A DNA stretch of 63,746 bases, counting the filler, from Octopus bimaculoides (Eukaryota), in NCBI RefSeq assembly GCF_001194135.2. It is 5 parts of 5 records of this genome, joined end to end, with 100 filler letters (N's around TTAATTAATTAA, not from the genome) between each part and the next. Parts side by side here need not be neighbours in the genome. Positions count along the whole stretch, not along the records: positions 35,117 to 46,208 come from NC_069005.1; positions 46,309 to 59,203 come from NC_069000.1; 3 more parts are not named here. The stretch is one strand, 5' to 3'. The translations under genes were made by a program, and so were the position numbers. The notes under the pieces are model-generated. The model did no database searches, had not been told where the DNA came from, and was given only the letters and a program-made list of their open reading frames with translations. Of the stretch, positions 36,700 through 48,578 are shown one piece after another (positions within the stretch are counted from its first letter, which is position 1; each line of letters begins with the position of its first letter).

Positions 36700-37697
36700 A
36701 ATTGAGTAGATGAGAAAAAAAAACTTTAATTCTTATGGGAGACAACTGTAAAAACTTTTTAAGGGGAAGTAACTTAAGCAATAAACAATGAACAAACTCA
36801 AGAAATATACATACATACATACATACATACATACATACATACATACATACATACATGTTCTTGTTCAGACAAAAAAAAAATGTAATTCTCAAGGGAGACA
36901 ACTGGAAGAAATTGTTTCAGGGGAAGTAACTCAAGCAATAAACAATGAACAGACTCAAGAAATATACATGTTCTTGTTCAGACATCAGTCTAAATGCTTG
37001 CAGCCAGATGGAAATTCTAAATAGCGACGGACGGAAGTACCAGCTGAGTACGTCTTACTTTGCTCCATAGAAAAACGTTGAGTATTGATATGTATTAATA
37101 AAAATACTCAACATTTTCTTTTTTTTTATTGCGCACAAGAGGCTACAAACAGAGGGGACAAACAAGGACAGACAAAGGGATTAAGTCGATTACATCGACC
37201 CCAGTACGTAACTGGTACTTATTTAATCGACCTCGAAAGGATGAAAGGCTAAGTCGACCTCGGCGGAATTTGAACTCAGAACGTAGCAGCAGACGAAATG
37301 CCGTTAAGCATTTAGCCCGATGTGCTAACGTTTCTGCCAGCTCACCGCCCTATGCAACGCCATTTTCTTCGCACAGCAACATTTTCTGTGAAGCAAAATA
37401 AAATGTATTTACACGTTATTTTCTTTGTTCTTTCATCTTGAAAATATATATTTGCTTGAATGTTTGCTGCACTTACTGTCCTGAAGTCATTAAAACACGC
37501 AATGTAACACATAATACCTTTCTGATTGATTGTGAAATAATGTTGTAGTATTTAGTATTGTCGGAATACATCTGTCATGAAGTTTAGTAACTTAATTGAG
37601 TGGATGAAAAAAAAAAATTTAATTCTCAAGGGAGACAACTGGAAGAAATTGTTTCAGGGGAAGTAACTCAAGCAATGAACAGAGTCAAGAAATATAC
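36700..37697 (+). repeat. Three local direct copies of a ~95-bp module
   Basis: GGGAGACAACTGGAAGAAATTGTTTCAGGGGAAGTAACTCAAGCAAT...CAAGAAATATAC at 36700-36810, 36871-36967 and 37594-37697. Confidence 0.9.
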
Positions 37698-38145
37698 GCA
37701 ATAGTCGAGATAGAAATAAGCAACTGACGAGATTTCGACTATTAGTGATAGATACGGGGATACGGAACTCTGTTCAGTGTAATTCATGTTATTATTTCCC
37801 AGTATGTNNNNNNNNNNNNNNNNNNNNNNNNNNNNNNNNNNNNNNNNNNNNNNNNNNNNNNNNNNNNNNNNNNNNNNNNNNNNNNNNNNNNNNNNNNNNN
37901 NNNNNNNNNNNNNNNNNNNNNNNNNNNNNNNNNNNNNNNNNNNNNNNNNNNNNNNNNNNNNNNNATTCGTTAAGCGACGATAAAATAAAGAATCAGTCCA
38001 GAAGTGATTAGATATAATCGCTTAAAGTCCCCTCTTAAAACTGCTAGCTTTGTGCACAAAATGGAATGGGGAAGAAATGCGCATGCGTACATCAAATCTA
38101 TCTTACGTAATATGGTTCAATTCTATATCTACCATCCTTTGTACA

Positions 38146-38183
<38 letters not shown>

Positions 38184-38541
38184 TGTGTGTGTGTTTGTGT
38201 GTACTTATCTATGTATGTAGGTGTGTGTGTATGTGTGCTTGTATGTATGTGCGTATGTCTGCATGTATGTATGTATATGTGCATGTATGTGTGCATGTAT
38301 GTGTGCATGTATGTGTGCATGTATGTGTGCATGTATGTGTATGTGTATTATGAGTGCATGCATGTATGTGTGTGCATATGTGCGCATGTATGTACGTATA
38401 AATGAGAGTATGCAAGGACAGGTGATTGTATCTATGTCTATTCTACCAGCTTACTGATGGCCATCTACCTACCTCTCTCTTCCTCACTCACTCTATCTTC
38501 TTCTCCCTTTCTCTTTCACTGTCTGTCTGTCTGTCTCTGTT

Positions 38542-38590
<49 letters not shown>

Positions 38591-39214
38591 NNNNNNNNNN
38601 NNNNNNNNNNNNNNNNNNNNNNNNNNNNNNNNNNNNNNNNNNNNNNNNNNNNNNNNNNNNNNNNNNNNNNNNNNNNNNNNNNNNNNNNNNNNNNNNNNNN
38701 NNNNNNNNNNNNNNNNNNNNNNNNNNNNNNNNNNNNNNNNNNNNNNNNNNNNNNNNNNNNNNNNNNNNNNNNNNNNNNNNNNNNNNNNNNNNNNNNNNNN
38801 NNNNNNNNNNNNNNNNNNNNNNNNNNNNNNNNNNNNNNNNNNNNNNNNNNNNNNNNNNNNNNNNNNNNNNNNNNNNNNNNNNNNNNNNNNNNNNNNNNNN
38901 NNNNNNNNNNNNNNNNNNNNNNNNNNNNNNNNNNNNNNNNNNNNNNNNNNNNNNNNNNNNNNNNNNNNNNNNNNNNNNNNNNNNNNNNNNNNNNNNNNNN
39001 NNNNNNNNNNNNNNNNNNNNNNNNNNNNNNNNNNNNNNNNNNNNNNNNNNNNNNNNNNNNNNNNNNNNNNNNNNNNNNNNNNNNNNNNNNNNNNNNNNNN
39101 NNNNNNNNNNNNNNNNNNNNNNNNNNNNNNNNNNNNNNNNNNNNNNNNNNNNNNNNNNNNNNNNNNNNNNNNNNNNNNNNNNNNNNNNNNNNNNNNNNNN
39201 NNNNNNNNNNNNNN

Positions 39215-39245
<31 letters not shown>

Positions 39246-39869
39246 TATACAGTAATATGGTTAAATCCTACATTCAATTTAGACGCTGCTAGTAATACAG
39301 TTACGAGCTCTCTGATGCTAATTTATAAGCATTTCCCAATAAAATATTGATATCCTTAACTATTTAATTCCCATAACGTCAAGGTTAGCTATCCATGTTT
39401 TCTCGCTTCATATGGCTCCGGTGCCGTGGAAACCACTTCCCCAACATCTCATGCAGTATCTTTAATGGATTGCCTCCTTAAATACCTTGATCTCGTAAAA
39501 GCTCCGTGGAAAGCTACTGATACGCCATCAGCCTGGAGTATCCGTCAATAGGATACTAGTTTATTATTGTCATAAGAGGTGCGTCTTTTTTAAATGAACG
39601 TCAACCTTCTGGACGATGGTAACCCGAATATACCACTCTAGGCCTAGTTGACCCTTACACAGTGACAAGGCATAAAAATTCCTGATGTCCGTGAAAGTTA
39701 AGACCTACTCATGCCGATAACCTAACGCTATCAAGTCGGCCATCCGCTTCACACGTGATAGCTGTTGCAGTGAAATTATTAACATTCTACAAGACGGTGT
39801 CTAATTGACTGATAGGTGCCAACATCATGCCTAAGAGTTGACTGTTACGAACTGATGTCGCTAAATATA

Positions 39870-40690
39870 CTAACATGCAGAATGCCAACAAAGTGAATTC
39901 AGCATCCTGTCTGAGAAACGTGAACCTATCAATAAAATAGCTGACGTTGTTTGGATAGTATAAACAAACATGCGATCTAAACAACCAATGAAATTTGAAA
40001 TTCGTTGAAGCCATTTTAAAGCATTCAAAATTTCTTTTAAAGCTCTTCTTAATTCTCTCCACTCTCTCTTCAAACATCTAATGAGTGAGATGTGTCGTTA
40101 AAAGTTAAGTAATGAAGAGCTGAGTCAAACTATTATTAAATTCATGTAACTCCAACCTAATGTCTTTCGCTTTTGTACGCGCGGTTCCAGCGGTCATGCA
40201 CATCAGGTTCCCAGCAACTGTGACGAGTCTGGAAGTTGTCAAAAACGAGCGAGGTACCATGCTTCCTCCCTTTTTTCACAGGGCTTAAGAGTCAATGCCG
40301 CTGTCTACCCAAAGGTGTTGGAGAAAACTGTGAGGCCCTGGATAGACAGAGTACGCAACAAAAGACCATATGTCTTCGAAGATAATATGCCATCACATAA
40401 GGCTAAGACAACCCGGGCGTAAATGCGTACCAATCTTCATGATCATGTTCTTCCAGACACATGGCCTCCTAGCTCACCAGATCTCAATCCACTGGACTAC
40501 TACATATGGGGTGCTGTCGAGAGAGAGGTCAATAAACATCCCCGTAATATCATACATTCTCTCAAGCCCACCGTATGCGGCACTATGTCCAGATTTGATA
40601 GCGATCTTCTGATTCAGACATAGCAACACTTCCGGCCTAGTATTGAAGCAGCCGTTTATGTTAATCGTGGATTCATTAAGTAGATGTGAT
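39870..40690 (+). mobile_element. Tc1/mariner superfamily, maT (DD37D-like) transposase remnant
   Basis: Frameshifted peptides QGLRVNAAVY, VRPWIDRVRNKRPYVF, WPPSSPDLNPLDYYIWGAVEREVNKHP; a possible HTH remnant (KIADVV) near 39930. Confidence 0.8.
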
Positions 40691-41519
40691 AAATGGATCT
40701 TCGAGACTATTTTTTTTCTTATGGATCCCTTTGATTCCTATTTTAGTCACATGGACCCCCCATAGCCATTCAGTGTTTGAAAAAAAAAACATATTTATAA
40801 TTAAATATTATTAGGAATTGTACAAAATCACTGTTAAAATATTCTGTGTATTGCAGAAGTAAAACCAATTTATTGCACATAAATTTAGAGGCCATGTGGA
40901 CCCCTGTTAAGTATCAGTGCACTAGAGATACGTACTATACCTGAATCTCGATGATAAGAGTTATAGAGGTGTATCACAGACGACAACAGATAAAATTCCC
41001 TCATGATCATGTTCTTCCCTTTGTCCCTTTATATATATATATATNNNNNNNNNNNNNNNNNNNNNNNNNNNNNNNNNNNNNNNNNNNNNNNNNNNNNNNN
41101 NNNNNNNNNNNNNNNNNNNNNNNNNNNNNNNNNNNNNNNNNNNNNNNNNNNNNNNNNNNNNNNNNNNNNNNNNNNNNNNNNNNNNNNNNNNNNNNNNNNN
41201 NNNNNNNNNNNNNNNNNNNNNNNNNNNNNNNNNNNNNNNNNNNNNNNNNNNNNNNNNNNNNNNNNNNNNNNNNNNNNNNNNNNNNNNNNNNNNNNNNNNN
41301 NNNNNNNNNNNNNNNNNNNNNNNNNNNNNNNNNNNNNNNNNNNNNNNNNNNNNNNNNNNNNNNNNNNNNNNNNNNNNNNNNNNNNNNNNNNNNNNNNNNN
41401 NNNNNNNNNNNNNNNNNNNNNNNNNNNNNNNNNNNNNNNNNNNNNNNNNNNNNNNNNNNNNNNNNNNNNNNNNNNNNGTGTCTGTGGTGTAATTTGAGGT
41501 GTAAATGCAGCTCTTAAAT

Positions 41520-42135
41520 TTAAGTACCAGCTGCGTACTACGTTCGATCAAATTTATCGACCCCGAAAGGATGAAAGGCAAAGTCGACCTCGGCGGAATT
41601 TGAACTCAGAACGTAACGGCAGACGAAATACCGCTAAGCATTTCGCCCGACGTGCTTAACGTTTCTTATTTCTTTATTGCCCACAAGGGGCTAAACATAG
41701 AGGGGATAAACAAGGACAGACAAAGGGATAAAGTCGATTACATCGAACCCAGTGCGTTACTGGTACTTAATTTATCGACTTCGAAATGATGAAAGGTAAA
41801 GTCAGCCTCGGTAGAATTTGAACTCAGAACGTAACGGCAGACGAAATACTGCTAAGCATTTTGTCCGGCGAGCTAACGTTTCTGCCAGCTCGCCACCTTC
41901 GCAGATTTTCTCTTCATTTTGAAAAGGCGGCTAGCTGACAGAATCGTTAGCGCGCCGGACGAAATGCTTAGCGGTATTTCGTCTGCCGTTACGTTCTGAG
42001 TTCAAATTCCACCGAGGGCGATTTTGCATTTCATCCTTTCGGGGTCGATAAATTAAGTACCAGTTACGCACTGGGGTCGATGTAATCGTCTAGTCCCAAC
42101 GAAATTTCGGGCCTTGTGCCTAGAGTAGAAAAGAA
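41520..42135. mobile_element. Cluster of three family A SINEs (two minus, one plus)
   Basis: Core GTCGACTTTGCCTTTCATCCTTTCGGGGTCGATAAA.TAAGTACCAG with head GGCGGCGAGCTGGCAGAA; copies 41520-41664 (-), 41665-41898 (-), 41925-42135 (+). Confidence 0.9.
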
Positions 42136-42365
42136 AAACTGCGACACAAAGAATTATAGAATTTTCTTGATAGGCCGCTAATATCGTGTCATACACCTGG
42201 GACCTATTGGGTCTTTGAAACCAACAGATTAAAGAAATTAGCTGCATGACCAATCTTCCACATATTACAGAAGCATTACATTCTCTGGGATTAACAGCAC
42301 AAAGGTAATCTGAAAGAGAAAGAGAATAACATCGATGAAGCAATGCACGCACAGGTTTCTGTGTT

Positions 42366-42403
42366 CCTTTCTGATGAAGAGCGTAGGCTCGAAACGTTAA
42401 AAA
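42366..42403 (+). ncRNA. Minimal type-I hammerhead ribozyme motif, intact CUGAUGA core
   Basis: CCUUU-CUGAUGA-A-GAGC GUAG GCUC-GAAACGUU-AAAAA. Downstream about 65 nt homologous to the 28107 copy (ctttc..tattcccgag..atactaata..tttacaccacctgtc.tcgtctgtt). Confidence 0.7.
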
Positions 42404-42571
42404 CTTTCTGTATTCCCGAGTGTTATACTAATACATCAATTTGTTGTTTACACCACCTGTCTTCGTCTGTTNNNNNNNNNNNNNNNNNNNNNNNNNNNNN
42501 NNNNNNNNNNNNNNNNNNNNNNNNNNNNNNNNNNNNNNNNNNNNNNNNNNNNNNNNNNNNNNNNNNNNNNN

Positions 42572-42608
<37 letters not shown>

Positions 42609-42765
42609 CCACATACACGCACGCACACTCACTCATGCGTGCGCAAATACACGTACACGACAAAAATGTGACCTGTCTATGTTCGAAATTTATATATAAT
42701 CTTCTAAGTCGAAAAATTTCATTCAACTGAGATTATCCATGCAATTGGTACACAAAATCTCTTTC

Positions 42766-43000
42766 TCAATTCATTGATTTATCTCGATGATCTTTGGCAA
42801 AGGATTGCTTTGTCCCCAGTGCTTCGGCTTCTCTAGATCTTCTCCATATTTTTTTTCGGTCTGCGGCACTTCCATCGGAGGGTTCACCTTGTAATGTTGG
42901 AAACGGGTTTCCGAAGTGTGTCAACCAACCTACTCTAATTTCTTTTCTTGATCTATGTTTCGATAGGTTGCCGGATTGCCTGGGCCTATCTGGCCATCTC
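42766..43000 (-). mobile_element. RTE LINE C-terminal fragment
   Basis: GWLTH...NP...RKKIWRRSREAEA resembles the RTE C-terminus (RWIGH...NPQGKR..GRPKxTWRRS). Confidence 0.6.
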
Positions 43001-43042
43001 ACCCGATGTGAACTTCACAGTCACAGGAAAGAACATTGAAGA

Positions 43043-43200
43043 ATGTCACTCATTTCACACACTGAAGAAAGCGTTGTAAATAAGGAGAACGGAACAGATC
43101 AGGACATAAAGTCAAGGATTGGGAAAGCTATAACTGCCTTCAGGTGGATTCGACCTCTCTTGAGACCAAACCTTGTCAACAAATACAAAACTCGGGATCT
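43043..43200 (+). mobile_element. RTE LINE RT-distal fragment
   Basis: SVVNKENGTDQDIKSRIGKAITAFRWIRPLL...KTR, matching the RTE YLGS...DIxxRIGKA..AF motif region. Confidence 0.75.
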
Positions 43201-43236
43201 TACGCAATTCGGGATCTTACGCAACTCGAGATCTTA
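43190..43236 (+). repeat. 17-bp tandem triplication
   Basis: ACTCGGGATCTTACGCA / ATTCGGGATCTTACGCA / ACTCGAGATCTTA. Confidence 0.92.
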
Positions 43237-44268
43237 TTTTAACGACTGATATGTATTGATCTATGGCAGAATATATACACAGAGTTATCCAAAAAGAAGG
43301 AGCCGATTTCATTACGCAGTATTTTAATAAGAAAAAGCAATTGAAAACTCCAGCTAAGTCACAAGTATTTACTTACAATCAACATTTATTTCCTGTCTTA
43401 CAAGTGTTCAATGTTGCCACCACCTGCAGCATGGGCAACATCTTTGTAAGTCCTAGGCTTACAAAGAATCCTGGGAGCGATTTGTTCGACTAAAGGCGAT
43501 GCTCCAGCATGGCTGCAGTCAAATGAATGAAACAAATACATCCCTAAAGTCTCCCTCTAGAGATGTTTAAAAGCTAAAAACACCAAGGGGGTCAGTTTAG
43601 GACGACGTAAACGATGCAGAATGAGGGGGTAGTATTGGTCTTTGAACTTAACTGATGAAAGTAACGATGAATAGATCGATCTATGTATGTGTTTTATAAT
43701 AATAAATGCACCCTTTTAAAGCCTAGCCAGGCTCATGGGCCCGGTTTCCCGGTTTCAATGGCGTATGTGTTCCCCAGCTGGACGGGACGCCAGTCCATCG
43801 CAGCGTTTCTCATTTTTGCCAGCTGAGTGGACTGGAGCCAAGTAAAATGAAAGGCAAAATCAACCTCGGCGGAATTTGAACTCAGAACCTAGCGGCAGAC
43901 GAAATACCACCGCTAATCATTTCGCCCGGCGTTCTAACGACTCTGCCAGTTCACCGCCTTCTTACAAAATGATTACGAGGAACAACTATGTGGTCACTCG
44001 ACCGGTTAGAAATAACAACCAAATCCCCATAAATGGCTCGAGTGTGGGTGGCGCGACACGCTGGATAAGCTAGTCCCAGAAATTTTGTTTAATAGCAAAA
44101 TGACAAGACGTCTCGGTTTAAACGTCCTTCAGCCGATAAGTCTTCCTGATCTAGATTTATAAAACAACAACCCGTAGTTGTTATCGGGATATATTGCTGA
44201 TGTTGTTATTCAACCATGGCCGAGTAAAATTACTGTCACAAATTCTTCTCGCCTCACACAACTACATA

Positions 44269-44303
<35 letters not shown>

Positions 44304-44372
44304 ATGTATGTATGTAGGTATGTGCACCCACACACACACACACATATATACTTTAATATTTTTATCCACATA

Positions 44373-44720
44373 CGCGCTGGCGTGGCTGTCTGTTAAGAGG
44401 CTTGCTTCCCAACCAAATGGTTCCGGGTTCAGTCTCACTGCATAGTACCTTGAGCAAGTGTCTCCTACTATAGCCTTGGGCCAACTGAAGTCTTGTTAGT
44501 GAATTTGGTAGACGGAAACTGAAAGAAGCCTGTCGTATGTATTGTGTTTTCCCCCACCACCACCACCGCTTGTCAACAAGTGTCGGTTTGCTTACGTCCC
44601 CGTAACTTAGCGATAAAATAAACCAGGTTTAAAAAAGAAAGTACTCGGGTCAATTCGTTCCATTAAAAATACTCTCCAAAGTGGTGCTCCAGCATGGGGC
44701 TGTCGACTGATTCGAAGTAC
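44373..44720 (+). mobile_element. tRNA-derived SINE (family B), older copy
   Basis: Same head/body/tail. Further fragments at 2595-2845, 35785-35845, 43440-43540, 45605-45690, 46540-46680, 57150-57230, 59010-59165, 61680-61790, 62960-63100. Confidence 0.8.
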
Positions 44721-45691
44721 CTGATTCATGGTTTTCTATCTTTGGATTATGTCACCATTAAATACCTTCGGAGTACGTGGNNNNNNNNNNNNNNNNNNNN
44801 NNNNNNNNNNNNNNNNNNNNNNNNNNNNNNNNNNNNNNNNNNNNNNNNNNNNNNNNNNNNNNNNNNNNNNNNNNNNNNNNNNNNNNNNNNNNNNNNNNNN
44901 NNNNNNNNNNNNNNNNNNNNNNNNNNNNNNNNNNNNNNNNNNNNNNNNNNNNNNNNNNNNNNNNNNNNNNNNNNNNNNNNNNNNNNNNNNNNNNNNNNNN
45001 NNNNNNNNNNNNNNNNNNNNNNNNNNNNNNNNNNNNNNNNNNNNNNNNNNNNNNNNNNNNNNNNNNNNNNNNNNNNNNNNNNNNNNNNNNNNNNNNNNNN
45101 NNNNNNNNNNNNNNNNNNNNNNNNNNNNNNNNNNNNNNNNNNNNNNNNNNNNNNNNNNNNNNNNNNNNNNNNNNNNNNNNNNNNNNNNNNNNNNNNNNNN
45201 NNNNNNNNNNNNNNNNNNNNNNNNNNNNNNNNNNNNNNNNNNNNNNNNNNNNNNNNNNNNNNNNNNNNNNNNNNNNNNNNNNNNNTCGAAGGCAAGGACA
45301 ATACGCGACTTCGTTGGAACAGTCCTTCCCGCAAAGCAAATTAAATAAAATTTGGAATTTTTTTCGGTGGGTGAAAGTGTTAACAAGAACAGGACAGTGA
45401 GAACAAGACAGTAAAAGCAAGTAAAAGCACGACAGTAAAAACAAACGGTGAGGGCTGTTGGGCCAAGACGATAGAAAAATTATTATGAATGCTTGGTAGA
45501 AGAGACAGAAAAATTCATGTTTGTTCTCTAGGAAGACCAGTGGGCAGAAAGAAGGAACCCCTTTCGTCACGTGTCAGCGACGAGAGGGTCAAGGAAGAAG
45601 AGGAGAGTCGGCCCGAGGTTGTAGTAGAAGACACTTGCCCAAGGTGTCACGCAGTAGGACTGAACCTGGAATCAAGGGGTTGGGAAGCAAA

Positions 45692-45985
45692 TGGTTAGAG
45701 CAGCGGATTCGCGGTCGAGGGATTGCGGGTTCGAATCTCAGACCGAGCGATGTGTGTGTTTATGAGCGAAACACCTAAGCTCCACGCGACTCCGGCAGAT
45801 GGTGATGGCGGACTTCTGCTGACTCTTTCGCCATAAATTCATCTCACTCTTTTCCTCTTGCATCTAGCTGATCACCTGCGACGGACCGGCGTCCCGTCCA
45901 GGTGGGGAACCTATACGCCAATGAAACCAGGAAACTGGACCTTATGAGCCAGGCATGGCACGAAGGAACAAACAACAACAACAGC
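45692..45985 (+). mobile_element. SINE with family C head and a different 3' tail
   Basis: Head matches 7833-7990; tail GCGACGGACCGGCGTCCCGTCCAGG...GAAACCAGGAAACTGG..TATGAGCC matches the minus-strand fragment 43725-43805; ends in (AAC)n. Confidence 0.7.
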
Positions 45986-46908
45986 ATTATCTTCGAAACG
46001 TCTAGTTAGAATAGAGACAGCTGATGAATGGATATTCCAAGTGACTTTCCGTTTCCCTATGTGTTCGTTCCGTTGTCTGTAGTTCATTGTTCTAACGTCC
46101 TGTACCCTGATATGCATATATATACACATGTAGATGTAAGTATGTACATATATGTGTGTATACATGTATATATATTCTTTGTATTATTATTATTATTATT
46201 ATTATATANNNNNNNNNNNNNNNNNNNNNNNNNNNNNNNNNNNNNNNNNNNNTTAATTAATTAANNNNNNNNNNNNNNNNNNNNNNNNNNNNNNNNNNNN
46301 NNNNNNNNATATGCGTGTGTGTATGGACGAATGGCAGTTTCTTCGACATTCGACAATGAATATTCAGTTGTTCGATCGACTAAATTACTTTTTATTTATT
46401 GAATTATAATATTTAATAATCGGATAAGTGACGGAGCATTCCACAGACACGTGTACTCTTTACGTAATTTACAAAATCAGCGTGACCAATTATGCATGAT
46501 TAACTGGTATCTTTGAATTAGTGTTCTAACCCGTCCGATGGGCTTCTGTCCTGTTTCGTCTTCTCCATGTCACTTGCAAAGCAAGGGGTTGATTCGAGAT
46601 TGTAGAAAACGACACTTGTCCAAGATGCCACTAAGGGATCGGTTCACGTAGGTTCGTTAAGCGAACTTCTTAACTATCTAGTCATACAGTGTGTGTATGT
46701 ATGTGTGTGTGTGTGGTGTGTGTGTGAGTGAGTGTATCTATATACGTGCATACACACACACGCACACACACGCATACACACACATGTAAGTGTATGTGTT
46801 TGTGTGTATGTGCATGCGTGTGAGTATGTATGTATGTATGTATGTATGTATGTGTATATATATATATATTTATTGTGAGAATGGAAGATCTGAGGATTAT
46901 CTACCTAC

Positions 46909-46948
<40 letters not shown>

Positions 46949-48518
46949 AATGTATTAACAGGTATAACTGAGTACTTGAGGTCTCACTGTTTATCCCAGC
47001 GCTTGGGGTTAGGGGCACGTGCCTCTTTCAGAGCCTCGGGTAGACCCAAACTTTGTTTATTCAGATAAACGGAAATTGTTACAGGTCATTCGGATCGTCT
47101 ATGCCTGTTCACACCGGATCATCCTGATTCAATGACAATTACGTATCTTTGGAATACTCAGCTGCTTCACAAATTATCTAACAACTAACTAGAACGACTA
47201 ACTGGAAGCTTCCTATGTCGGAATTCACGGTTGGGTTCATCATCATCATAGATATAAATATATCTGTACATACCCACGCACACAATATATAATATGTATA
47301 GATATGTATGTATGCATGTATGTATGTATGTATGTATGAAGTGGCGCTTACAAAACTAACCCCATCTCCTTCCTCCACTTGAGAATTCGTCTAGACCTTT
47401 GAGAGTCAAAATTTTAGTAAATAAATCAACCTGCTCTACTTCAGGTTTTGAGTGCCTTGCTCGCAAACGCATACATGCATGCACACATACACTCATATAG
47501 CACGCACGCATACACACAATCACAGATACACACAGACATGCTCGCATGCACGCTTCACGCACTTACTCACCATACGTATATGCCTACGTAATACGTACAT
47601 TCATACGTACCTACATACGTACGTGCGTACATACATGCATACATAATTCATATGCGCAGACATACATACAGCCATCCATACATATATACATTGAATCTTG
47701 GTCAGAATTTCCAGCCAAGAGTATTCAGGTGTTTGATCAGCTAAGTTACTGGGATCATTGAATTAGTCTGCAAGTAGCAGCGTATTCCACAGACAAATGT
47801 CACCTTAATGTAATTTTATGATAGATTAGCTGACACAATGTGCTGAAGCTGAACTTTTGCATTCCACGTACAACAACATCCGACAAGCTTCCACGCTGTT
47901 TCCATACATTCAACTTCACTGGCGAAGTAAGGATTGACAGCCCACCTGAGACGTGAGAAATAACACTCGCCCAAGATGTCAGGCACCGGAATCGAAATCG
48001 AGACTTCATGATGGAGAAGCGAACACAGTTATACGCGCGCTCAGACACACACACACACACACACACACATACACAAAACACATATAAGCAGTACTCCATC
48101 TCCAAAGACTTTCTGTGTCCTTATCTAAATATACAAAAGTAATTTTCATTATTTCTGATCAATATGTGTGTGTGTGTGTTTATAATGTTATGTTGTTCTT
48201 TTTTTCGATATGCATTTACGTGTATATTCTGTGTGTGAGTTGGTGTGATTAAAAACTAGGTTAACAACCGGAAATTTTTCGAGTTAAATATGATTTATTT
48301 AAATTCAATGAACGTGAAGAACGAAAGGTTTTTGCATTCCGATTTTCAGTGTGGAATTTTTCAAGCTTTCACTTGTTTGTAAAAACAAAACACCGTTTGT
48401 GCGTTATATGTGTGTGGACAGGGAATATATTGGGAGACACAGTGGTGATACATAAAAGGCAGGGACAGTTTTGGGAATTGTTTTAGCCAAATACTTGTGT
48501 GTGTGTGTGTGTATATAT

Positions 48519-48578
<60 letters not shown>

